A DNA stretch of 64,000 bases from a candidate division WOR-3 bacterium (GCA_965649265.1 CBFGKC010000008.1:1-64000); one strand, 5' to 3'; positions 49,331-57,490 are shown, counted from the stretch's first letter. Notes: a model not told the origin generated them from the sequence alone. Numbers and translations: made by a program.

Positions 49331-49906
49331 CTACTTCCAGTCAACGTTCCATCTCCAGCATTCGTCGCCTTTGTGGATGTTTGCCGTTTCCCTTACCCGC
49401 GCATCCTTGAGTTCCAGCATCTTTGCAGCCACAGTGAGCCACGCGGTCACGACAGGGCCGAAAAGCCTGTCTGCCGGAAAATCCACGAGTTCGAGTACCG
49501 CCTTTTTGTCGTCCGCAACAGTGCGCATGACCCCCCGGCTGTAATACTTGTCCCATACCGTCGCCGTTTGTTTGAAAACGAGCTTGGCGGGCAGGAAGTT
49601 CATTATCGCGCGCAAAAAGGTGGACATCTCGTACTCCGCGGTGTAAAGGCAGGCCTCGAATACCGCCTCTTCAGGGTCCCCGGGATTGAATTTCTGGACT
49701 ATAAGTTCCCTCATTTTTTTCTGCAAGTCGAATGGATACCACTCCGCCTTGTCTACGTTAAGGACGGCGTGTTTGTCCTCATCGGTCAGGGGCGAAAGGA
49801 AAGCCTTGAGGGACCCGCCCTCCAGTTTGGTCCGCACATACTCACGAAGCGCAAACAGCGAGACGCCTCGAACGAGCATTTCCGATTCATTACCACTTCC
49901 AGACAT
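49331..49906 (-). CDS. stand-alone V4R-like protein, paralog 1
   Basis: VRGVSLFALREYV, EWYP, WDKYY..G, ETANIHKGDECWRW. Confidence 0.7.
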   Translation of the reverse strand: MSGSGNESEMLVRGVSLFALREYVRTKLEGGSLKAFLSPLTDEDKHAVLNVDKAEWYPFDLQKKMRELIVQKFNPGDPEEAVFEACLYTAEYEMSTFLRAIMNFLPAKLVFKQTATVWDKYYSRGVMRTVADDKKAVLELVDFPADRLFGPVVTAWLTVAAKMLELKDARVRETANIHKGDECWRWNVDWK

Positions 49907-50038
49907 ATACCGCTGGTAGTATCTCTAATCCAGGCCGTTTGTCAAGAAAAAAAACCGTCGAAGGGTGGGGGTGTTATTGCGGCCGTGGGAATTTTCTTTT
50001 GCTCTCCACCCAATCCGGGTCTTGCCCGTCGAAACAAG

Positions 50039-50061
50039 GAGGCCGGCTGCTAACCGGCCTC
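50039..50061 (-). terminator. hairpin downstream of kbl
   Basis: GAGGCCGG/CCGGCCTC stem. Confidence 0.5.
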
Positions 50062-50115
50062 TAAAATATTCATAATCCTGCTAGCCTTTTTCGTTTTACG
50101 AAAAAGGGAGCATTT

Positions 50116-51363
50116 TTATTGTCCGTACTTCTCTATGATTTCCTTCTTCTTTAAGCCGAGTATGCCGTACTTCTCGCCTATTTTCTTGAACGCGGCGATG
50201 GCCTTATCGAGATGCTCCTTCTCGTGCGCGGCCGAGAGCTGGGTGCGTATGCGCGCCTGGCCCTGCGGCACCACTGGATAAAAGAAGCCAATCACGTATA
50301 TGCCTTCGTAGTACAAGTCTCTTGCCATGTCCTGCGAGAGCTTGGCGTTGTAGAGCATAACGGGCACGATGGGCGTCTCTCCCGGCCTTATGTCGAACCC
50401 GGCCTCTTCCATCTTCTCGCGGAAGTAGCGGGTGTTGGCCTCTAGTTTGTCGCGGCGCTCAGTGGTTCCTGAGATAAGATCGATCACCTTGTTTGCAGCC
50501 GAGACGATCACGGGGGGCATGGTGTTGGAAAAGAGATAGGGTCTTGCGCGCTGCTTGCACATCTCGACGATTTCCTTGCGGCCCGATACGCAGCCGCCGG
50601 AAGCGCCGCCGAGAGCCTTGCCCAGGGTCGTCGTGATGATGTCTATCTTTCCCACTACGCCGAAGTGCTCGTGGGTTCCACGGCCGGTCTTGCCTATGAA
50701 GCCGGTGGAGTGCGAGTCATCCACGAGGATCATCGCGTCATACTTCTCGCAAAGCTCGACCATCTTATCGAGCGGCGCAAGATCGCCGTCCATGGAGAAC
50801 ACGCCGTCCGTGACCACGAGTCTGATGCGCTTGTCCTGGTGCATGGCAAGCTTCTCTTCAAGGTGTTCCATGTTCATGTGCTTGAAGGAGTCGTACTGCG
50901 CCTTGCAGAGGCGGATGCCGTCTATGAGCGACGCGTGAACGAGTCTATCGGAAATTATCACGTCTTCTTCGCCCAGCACGGCCTCGAACACGCCCGCGTT
51001 GGCGTCCATGCATGAGGGGAAGAGCACCGTGTCCTCGGTGCCCAGAAACTTCGTTATCTTGTCCTGAAGCTCGCGGTGAATGTCCTGGGTTCCGCAGATG
51101 AAGCGCACCGAACTCATTCCGTAGCCTCTCGAATCGAGGCCCTCGTGCGCGGCCTTGATCACGTCAGGATGCGATGAGAGCCCGAGGTAGTTGTTGGCGC
51201 AGAGGTTGATTACTTCCTTGAGCTCGGCGCCTGTCGGGAACTCGACCTTTATCTCGGCGCCCTGCGGCGAGTGGATGAAGCGCTCTTCCTTGAACAATCC
51301 GTTTTCGCGGATTTCCGAGAGAGTCTTCTGGTAGTAGCCGCGGAGCTTTTCGCTGTATGACAT
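50116..51363 (-). CDS. kbl: glycine C-acetyltransferase (2-amino-3-ketobutyrate CoA ligase)
   Basis: CANNYLGL, SSVRFICGTQDIH, DGVFSMDG, TLGKALGGASGG (PLP Lys), QRARPYLFSN, RIRTQLSAAH. Confidence 0.93.
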   Translation of the reverse strand: MSYSEKLRGYYQKTLSEIRENGLFKEERFIHSPQGAEIKVEFPTGAELKEVINLCANNYLGLSSHPDVIKAAHEGLDSRGYGMSSVRFICGTQDIHRELQDKITKFLGTEDTVLFPSCMDANAGVFEAVLGEEDVIISDRLVHASLIDGIRLCKAQYDSFKHMNMEHLEEKLAMHQDKRIRLVVTDGVFSMDGDLAPLDKMVELCEKYDAMILVDDSHSTGFIGKTGRGTHEHFGVVGKIDIITTTLGKALGGASGGCVSGRKEIVEMCKQRARPYLFSNTMPPVIVSAANKVIDLISGTTERRDKLEANTRYFREKMEEAGFDIRPGETPIVPVMLYNAKLSQDMARDLYYEGIYVIGFFYPVVPQGQARIRTQLSAAHEKEHLDKAIAAFKKIGEKYGILGLKKKEIIEKYGQ

Positions 51364-51627
51364 TTACGCCCCCTTGAAGCGCTTCACGAGCTCTACTATG
51401 CGGTTTACGGTGTCGAACGCGTCGGGCGAAGCGTCCTCATCGGGTATCTTTATCTCGTACTTTTTCTCAAGAAACACCTTGAGCGAAACCATCGAGAACG
51501 AATCCACTATCCCGCCCGAGATGAGGGGCGTGTCGGCTGTAAGCGCCTCGGCCTCGTCTTCGTCGTCGATGTACTCGTTCTTGACGTATTTAAGAACCGT
51601 ATCCTTCAACTGGTTTTCATCAAGCAT
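51364..51627 (-). CDS. acyl/aminoacyl carrier protein (phosphopantetheine-binding)
   Basis: 87 aa, acidic; TPLISGGIVDSFSMV; stop codon abuts the kbl ATG; AAGGAG RBS. Confidence 0.9.
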   Translation of the reverse strand: MLDENQLKDTVLKYVKNEYIDDEDEAEALTADTPLISGGIVDSFSMVSLKVFLEKKYEIKIPDEDASPDAFDTVNRIVELVKRFKGA

Positions 51628-51686
51628 CGCTGCTCCTTGGTTTGGTTTTCAATCTCCACGACCTTCCTCCTCACACGACGAAAAGA

Positions 51687-51714
51687 AGTATATCCGACAA
51701 TCGGTACTATGCAA
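51687..51714 (-). promoter_or_regulatory. putative promoter of carrier protein-kbl unit
   Basis: TTGCAT-N16-TATACT on the minus strand. Confidence 0.5.
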
Positions 51715-51722
51715 CTATACAA

Positions 51723-51758
51723 CCCCAAAAGAACGTGAAGCGTTCTTCTGGGGACCCC
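51723..51758. repeat. 36-nt REP-like hairpin, copy 2
   Basis: CCCCAAAAGAACGT-GAA-GCGTTCTTCTGGGG-ACCCC. Confidence 0.8.
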
Positions 51759-51832
51759 TCATTCCATCGTGATGGGGAGGGGGGAGGGCGGAGGGCTCTT
51801 GACACGGCATAATGCCGTTCTATATTAGACTT

Positions 51833-52252
51833 ATGAATAATCTCACCGTCGAAGCCTATTTCGCTGCATTGCCCGATGACAAGCGGCACGCGCTCGAGGC
51901 GCTCAGGCAGATTATAAAAGAAACCTTAGCTTCCTCGCCCGCCCCGCCGCCGGGGGCCTCGCCCGTCTCCCCGCTGGGAGCCTTCCAGGAGGTCATCAGT
52001 TACCAGATCCCGACGTTCAAGTACCAGGGGTACCTCGTGGCCATTTCCGCCCAGAAAAACCACATGAGCCTGCACACGATGAGCAAGGCGCTCATGGCCG
52101 CCATGAAGGACGACCTCGAGCATCTCGATAAGACCGTCGCGTCCATCCACTTCCCCTACGACAAGCCTCTGCCGAAATCGCTCATCACCAAGATCATCCG
52201 CCATCGCATGAAGGAGAACGAGGAACGGATGAGGAACAAGAAGAAAAGGTAA
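51833..52252 (+). CDS. DUF1801 (YdhG-like) protein
   Basis: TVEAYFAALP..R.ALE.LR, ISYQIPTFKY, IHFPYDKPLP; ATG 51833 follows TTGACA-N16-TATATT. Confidence 0.85.
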   Translation: MNNLTVEAYFAALPDDKRHALEALRQIIKETLASSPAPPPGASPVSPLGAFQEVISYQIPTFKYQGYLVAISAQKNHMSLHTMSKALMAAMKDDLEHLDKTVASIHFPYDKPLPKSLITKIIRHRMKENEERMRNKKKR

Positions 52253-52466
52253 AGATTGATGCGTTCCCTGAAAAGGAGTTTTCCCCGCCCCCTTAAAGAC
52301 TCCTGAGGAGGATACCCCTCACACTAGAGAGGGGAGCCCTTTACCGAGGTCGTTCCTTTCTCCCGCGCTTCCTTGAAGCGCACCCCTTACCCCGGAAGTA
52401 GTTGGTAATCCTGCGCGCCTTTTTGGAGAGGGTTGACATGTTTATGCTAAAAGTTATAGTTAATTA

Positions 52467-53102
52467 ATGGAACCCACTTCCAAAGAAAATAAGAAGGCTC
52501 AAAGGACTCAAATATTTATTCTTGTGGTCAGTATTGCTTCAGTACTGGTTGCTCTTCTCATCGGTTTTGGAATTATACGTCCTATCTATACACCTTCAGA
52601 ATCGGAACCAGATACAATTATGGATTTATCCGTGGGGATTGATAAGTCGCATGACGATACAAAATTGACTTCTATTAAAGAAGCTGCAAAGGATTCTACA
52701 GCACAAACCGAAGAAAACCAAATTCCGAAGGTGGAATACAATCAGATCAGGAAAGGAATGACTCTTACCCTGCGCGGGGTTTCTTTTGATTCTGCCAAAT
52801 CGACAATCAAACCTGAGAGTTATCCTGTTCTTGACGAAGCCGCGAAAATTCTCAAGGATAACCCAACTATTCATGTCGAAATTCAGGGGCATACTGATTA
52901 CATGGGTTCTTACGAATACAACCAGAACCTTTCCAAGGCTCGTGCCACAGCGGTGGTTAACTACTTCATCATGAATCACAATATTGATGCCAATCGCCTA
53001 GTTGCACAAGGGTATGGTGAAACAAGACCTATAGCTGATAATAGGTCAGAGTCAGGACGCGAGCTTAATCGAAGGATTGAATTCGTAGTTATCGGTGAAT
53101 AG
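52467..53102 (+). CDS. membrane-anchored OmpA-domain protein
   Basis: N-terminal TM; FDSAKSTI, IQGHTD, NQNLSKARA, GYGETRP, NRRIEF; AT-rich. Confidence 0.9.
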   Translation: MEPTSKENKKAQRTQIFILVVSIASVLVALLIGFGIIRPIYTPSESEPDTIMDLSVGIDKSHDDTKLTSIKEAAKDSTAQTEENQIPKVEYNQIRKGMTLTLRGVSFDSAKSTIKPESYPVLDEAAKILKDNPTIHVEIQGHTDYMGSYEYNQNLSKARATAVVNYFIMNHNIDANRLVAQGYGETRPIADNRSESGRELNRRIEFVVIGE

Positions 53103-53277
53103 TAAATAGGTATGAGGTAATGACAAATATATCAACTCTCTCTCGCCATTCTGGGCCACTTTTTTTTCAGGTTATTGCTTCATTCCTTGCTCATACCTAA
53201 CCTCGGACCAATCTTGATCCAGTGAAGTTTGTCAACCTAAAAAGAATGTCGGAGAAAAACTTCTAACGACTTGCGAT

Positions 53278-53655
53278 TCAGCTCACCGCCTTCTTTACGA
53301 GCGCGCTTATCTTTGTTTCTTCGACGGTTGTCAAATCCTTCAGTGCGAAGGCGACCGGCCACATGACGCCATCGTCGAGCTTCGCCTTGTCGTTGAATCC
53401 GAACGTCATGTACCTTTCCTTGAATTTCTCCGGGCTGCGGAAGAAGCAGACGATCTTGCCGTCCTTTGCGTACCCGGGCATGCCGTACCAGGTTTTTGCC
53501 TCGAGAGCCGGTGCGCTTGCCTTGATGATTGCATGCAGCCGCTCACCTATTGCGCGATAGGGTTCCGGCATGGCAGCGATTGCCGAGAGCACGTCACTTT
53601 CCCCGCCCGCCTTATTCGCTCTCGCGGACGATTTCCCTGTTTTTTTCTCATCCAT
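53278..53655 (-). CDS. DUF1801 protein (second subfamily)
   Basis: [47 protein letters not shown]. Confidence 0.85.
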   Translation of the reverse strand: MDEKKTGKSSARANKAGGESDVLSAIAAMPEPYRAIGERLHAIIKASAPALEAKTWYGMPGYAKDGKIVCFFRSPEKFKERYMTFGFNDKAKLDDGVMWPVAFALKDLTTVEETKISALVKKAVS

Positions 53656-53932
53656 TTTGCGATCTCCTTTTCTTTATAATTTCCTAGTAATATTGTAGTG
53701 TTACAGTCTGTCTTGTCAAGGAACCGACGTTGAATCTACTATGTCGTTTTGATTCAGGTTGCCCTCAGCCGGGAAAGGTCAAATCCCCCCTACCCCCCTT
53801 AATAAGGGAGGGCCGATCTCTCCGCCTCCTACCCTCTGGCCACGAGCGGGTGCCCCTTCGAGAGGCGTACTCTGTCTGCCAGGGAGGGGGAGGTCTTTTA
53901 CCTCCCAAAAGGTCGGAAATCCCCCCTTTTTT

Positions 53933-54100
53933 ACCCCAAACGTCCGCTGCGCATACGTCCGGGGACCCCGGTTTTGTCCAACTTTTTCCACCCCAAACGT
54001 CCGCTGCGCATACGTCCGGGGACCCCGGTTTTGTCCAACTTTTTCCACCCCAAACGTCTGCTTCGCATACGTCCGGGGACCCCGGTTTTGTCCAACTTTT
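53933..54100. repeat. 57-bp tandem repeat x3, each containing a 36-nt REP-like hairpin (53934, 53991, 54048)
   Basis: ACCCCAAACGTCCGCTGCGCATACGTCCGGGGACCCCGGTTTTGTCCAACTTTTTCC; third unit has two substitutions. Confidence 0.95.
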
Positions 54101-54193
54101 GACCATCTTTTGACCAACTTTTTTTTCCCCGAAAAGTACTCAAAAAGCCCGATTTGTCTATCTTTTGTCCCACTTTTGTCCAGCTTTTTTTTG

Positions 54194-54273
54194 CCCCACA
54201 AGATCGCGTTGCGCTCTTGTGGGGACCCCGAACTCAACCCCACGAATCTACTCCATAGCTTCGCGGGGACCCC
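54194..54273. repeat. two further 36-nt REP-like hairpins (54194-54229, 54238-54273)
   Basis: CCCCACAAGATCGC-GTT-GCGCTCTTGTGGGG-ACCCC and CCCCACGAATCTAC-TCC-ATAGCTTCGCGGGG-ACCCC. Confidence 0.8.
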
Positions 54274-54281
54274 AATTTTCT

Positions 54282-54309
54282 AAAAAAAGAGTGCGCAAAA
54301 TGCGCACTC
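54282..54309 (-). terminator. intrinsic terminator after acsA
   Basis: GAGTGCGCA/TGCGCACTC stem followed by T7 on the minus strand. Confidence 0.75.
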
Positions 54310-54360
54310 ATCAAATCTTGGATTAGATAAAAAACAGATAAACTGTTTCTTGTCTAATAG

Positions 54361-56067
54361 TTATACATCGTCGTTCACGAGCGTGGAGATGTCACCTATA
54401 TCCTCGCCCCATTCCTGGGCGCGAAGAACGCGGCGCATGATTTTTCCCGATCTCGTTTTTGGAAGCGAACTTACAAACTCAATCTCCTGCGGCATCGCGA
54501 GAGGGGAGAGCTTCTTGCGAATGAAGTTCATTATCTCAAGTTCAAGATCTGTCGAGACTTGGAAGCCCGGTTTAAGCGCCACGAATGCCTTGACGACCTC
54601 CATGTTGACGGGATCGGGCTTTCCGACCGCCGCCGATTCCGCGACCGCCGGATGCTCAAGTAACGCAGATTCGATCTCAAACGGCCCAACTAGGTGACCG
54701 GCGGTGTTGATGACATCATCATCCCTGCCGACGAACCAGAAGTAGCCGTCCTTGTCTATGGACGAGCGGTCGCCGCATATATACCAGCCATTCTTGAACT
54801 TATTGTCGTAGGTCTCCTTGTTGTTCCAGTACATTCTGAACATGGAGGGCCAGCCAGGTTTGAGTGCAATGAGTCCGACCTTGCCGGGTTCCTTGATTGG
54901 TTCATAAGTCTTTAAATCCACAACAGTTGCAGTGATGCCCGGAAACGGTTTGCCCATGGAGCCGGCCTTAATCTCCATGCCGGGGAAGTTCGTGATCATG
55001 ATGGCGCCGGTTTCGGTCTGCCAGTACGTGTCGTGGAACGGCAGGCCGTACGCTTCCTTTGACCAGTGTACGGCTTCCGCGTTCAGGGGTTCGCCCACGC
55101 TTGCAAGGTGCCGTAAAGTCGACATGTTATACTTCTTGACGATCTCGGTGCCTTCCTTCATGAGCATTCTTATCGCAGTCGGAGCCGAGTACCAGACCGT
55201 AATCTTGTGATCCTGGATAAGCTTGTACCAGCGGTCCGGGATAAACCCTGCATCCAGAACGATTTGTGTGATTCCCAACGACCAGGGACCTATAACCCCG
55301 TAAGAGGTTCCTGTTACCCAGCCCGGGTCGGCCGTACACCAGTAGATGTCGTCATCCCTGACATCGAGCACCCAACTCGTCGTAACGGCCTGCGCAAATA
55401 TCGAACCGTGAACGTGTTGGGCGCCCTTGGGCTTGCCGGTCGTTCCCGACGTATAGTGAAGCAGGGAGGGGGTCTCAGGGGTGCAGGGGTGGCTCTCGAA
55501 CTTCTCGACCTTTTCTGCCTTTTCAAGTTCGAACACTATCTCGCCTTCGCCCTTTTTGCTGGGCTCGCCGTCAACGACAATTATGTGCTTGAGATTGGGA
55601 AGATCGGGCTTTATCTGACGAACCTTCGAGACATGCTTCTTGGTTGTGATCACGGCCACCGTACCCGCATCCTCCAGACGCGTCATCAAAGATTCGGGTC
55701 CGAACGCGGAGAAGAGCGGCTGCGCCATTGCGCCGAGCTTTAATATCCCCAGAATCGAAAAGTACAAATCGGGAATCTTGTCCATGAATACGCAGACGCG
55801 GTCGCCGACCTTAATTCCCAAATCCTTGAGATACTGGGCATAGGTATTTGTCACAAGTCTCAAATCATTGAAGGTATAGCGCTTGACCGTGCCGTCCGAA
55901 CCTTCCCAGATAAGGGCAAGTTTATCCTTCTTGCCCCGCTCGCATATTCTGTCCGAACAGTAATAACCGATATTTAAAAAATCACCTTCCTTGTAGCCCA
56001 GGAGTTCGCGCGCCTGAGTCCAGTCGAAGTCCTTGTAGCGATCCTCATAAGAGCCTATGTTACTCAT
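54361..56067 (-). CDS. acsA: acetate-CoA ligase (Bacillus AcsA-type adenylate-forming enzyme)
   Basis: YTSGTTGKPKG, WCTADPGWVTG, SVGEPLN, DTYWQTETG, GRDDD, PKTRSGKIMRR. Confidence 0.9.
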   Translation of the reverse strand: MSNIGSYEDRYKDFDWTQARELLGYKEGDFLNIGYYCSDRICERGKKDKLALIWEGSDGTVKRYTFNDLRLVTNTYAQYLKDLGIKVGDRVCVFMDKIPDLYFSILGILKLGAMAQPLFSAFGPESLMTRLEDAGTVAVITTKKHVSKVRQIKPDLPNLKHIIVVDGEPSKKGEGEIVFELEKAEKVEKFESHPCTPETPSLLHYTSGTTGKPKGAQHVHGSIFAQAVTTSWVLDVRDDDIYWCTADPGWVTGTSYGVIGPWSLGITQIVLDAGFIPDRWYKLIQDHKITVWYSAPTAIRMLMKEGTEIVKKYNMSTLRHLASVGEPLNAEAVHWSKEAYGLPFHDTYWQTETGAIMITNFPGMEIKAGSMGKPFPGITATVVDLKTYEPIKEPGKVGLIALKPGWPSMFRMYWNNKETYDNKFKNGWYICGDRSSIDKDGYFWFVGRDDDVINTAGHLVGPFEIESALLEHPAVAESAAVGKPDPVNMEVVKAFVALKPGFQVSTDLELEIMNFIRKKLSPLAMPQEIEFVSSLPKTRSGKIMRRVLRAQEWGEDIGDISTLVNDDV

Positions 56068-56132
56068 ATCTCTCCTTAAATTTGAAAGCGATGAAGAAAG
56101 CCTGCATCGCCGATTTTACACATCCTGAACAA

Positions 56133-57254
56133 TTATTTTTTCTCACCGAGACGTTTCCTTGCAGCAGCCAGTTCGTCTTTATCCGGGAAAAGTACGACCT
56201 TTGCCGCAAGGCGCGGAACCGCAAGAAGCATCTCGAAGCCTTTCTCGAATTCATCAAGCGCCATAACGTGAGTTACTATAGGCGATATATCCAGCCGCTT
56301 TCCTGTCAGCAGATTACGCATCCTGTACCACGTATCGAATAACTTTCTGCCGTTGATGCCGTTAATTTGAGCGCCCTTGAAAACGATTCCGTTGTTATAA
56401 TCGATAGGCACCTTTGCTTCAGACGCGACGCCGAAAGCGGTCAGGCGTCCGCCTTTTCTTAAATGGGTGAAGGCTTCCTCTATAGGTTTTTCTCCGCCGA
56501 CCATCTCGACCGAGACATCCACTCCGAAGCCGTCCGTCGCATCCAGAACAAACTTGTGACGCTCCTCAAGACTCGTCTTCTTTATATCGAGCGTGTAGTC
56601 AGCACCCATGCGCCTGGCAATGTCCATCGCGAAGTCCGAATATCCCACTACGAATATCTTCGCGACCCCTGCGGCCCGGGCGACGCCGGTTGCAAAAAGG
56701 GCGGTGGGTCCGTCGCCCACTATAACCATCGTCTTGCCGGCAACGTCGGCATCCTCGCCCAGCACGGCATAGACTCCGTTACCCATGGGTTCCTGCACGC
56801 ATGCGAGTTCCGGAGGAATCGCGCGGTCGTTGCGCCAGCAAACGCGTTCCGGTACGGCCACGTACTTGGCGAATACCCCGTCGCGGTCCACGCCCAGTAT
56901 CTGCATATGCTCGCCGATATGCCTCTGGCCGAGCAATGACGTAAGATCGCCCGGATCGTAAATGTGAGTTTCGCAGGATACGTAGTCGTCCTTCTTTATA
57001 CTTCTGACCGCCTGACCGACCTCAACCACCTCTCCGGCAACCTCATGTCCAAGTATCTGGGGAAGTTTTTTTTCTCCCATTCTCCTCTGCGCCCATGGAT
57101 TCCACTCGTATATGTGAACGTCGGTGCCGCAAATCGAAGTTGCCTGAACCCGGACGAGAACCTCGTCCGGGCGAATAGTCGGGGTGTCAACGTCCTTTAA
57201 TTCCGCTCCGCCCTTCTCCGGCCTTATCTTGACTACCGCTTTCATTTTTGACAT
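56133..57254 (-). CDS. tdh: L-threonine 3-dehydrogenase-like zinc MDR enzyme, divergent
   Basis: ICGTDVHIYEW, GHEVAG, EPMGN.V, GINGRKLFDTWY; start ATG 57254 with GGAG RBS. Confidence 0.78.
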   Translation of the reverse strand: MSKMKAVVKIRPEKGGAELKDVDTPTIRPDEVLVRVQATSICGTDVHIYEWNPWAQRRMGEKKLPQILGHEVAGEVVEVGQAVRSIKKDDYVSCETHIYDPGDLTSLLGQRHIGEHMQILGVDRDGVFAKYVAVPERVCWRNDRAIPPELACVQEPMGNGVYAVLGEDADVAGKTMVIVGDGPTALFATGVARAAGVAKIFVVGYSDFAMDIARRMGADYTLDIKKTSLEERHKFVLDATDGFGVDVSVEMVGGEKPIEEAFTHLRKGGRLTAFGVASEAKVPIDYNNGIVFKGAQINGINGRKLFDTWYRMRNLLTGKRLDISPIVTHVMALDEFEKGFEMLLAVPRLAAKVVLFPDKDELAAARKRLGEKK

Positions 57255-57320
57255 TGTTACTCCATTTTGACAAGTATCTTTTATCTTATGTAACAAGGGG
57301 ATTCTGTCAACAGCCCAGCC

Positions 57321-57490
57321 CCCCCTCAGCCTTCCTCAGCTCCCCTCAGTAGCAACCTTCACATAAAAATATCCATGAACCTTCCGGTCGAACGAAGTTC
57401 GACAAGCGACATTCGATGTCGCCGCCCTCCCTCCGCCCTCCTCCGCCCTCCTCCGCCCTCCTCAGGCATCCTCAGGCATCCTCAGGCATC
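57321..57490. repeat. 10-bp-period simple repeats and two short hairpins
   Basis: (NNNCCTCAGY)x3, (CTCCGCCCTC)x3, (CTCAGGCATC)x3; GTCGAAC-GAA-GTTCGAC and GCGACAT-TCG-ATGTCGC. Confidence 0.85.

Noticed and set aside
48695-50053. 202-aa and 243-aa plus-strand ORFs
   Set aside because: Antisense shadows of the V4R-like paralogs, whose similarity is on the minus strand
50116-51627. Sphingolipid (SPT+ACP) or BioF locus
   Set aside because: The enzyme has Kbl-type motifs (SSVRFICGTQ, QRARPYLFSN), the ligase is acetate-type, and a Tdh-like gene is nearby
53933-54273. CRISPR array (36-nt palindromic units in series)
   Set aside because: The 21-nt spacers are identical, later units differ in sequence, and no cas genes are present
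51723-54273. Integron cassette array
   Set aside because: Hairpins lack RYYYAAC/GTTRRRY ends, genes are in mixed orientation with their own promoters, and no integrase is present
53730-54283. Five overlapping repetitive ORFs
   Set aside because: They arise from the 57-bp repeat (a multiple of 3) and have no RBS or recognisable domain
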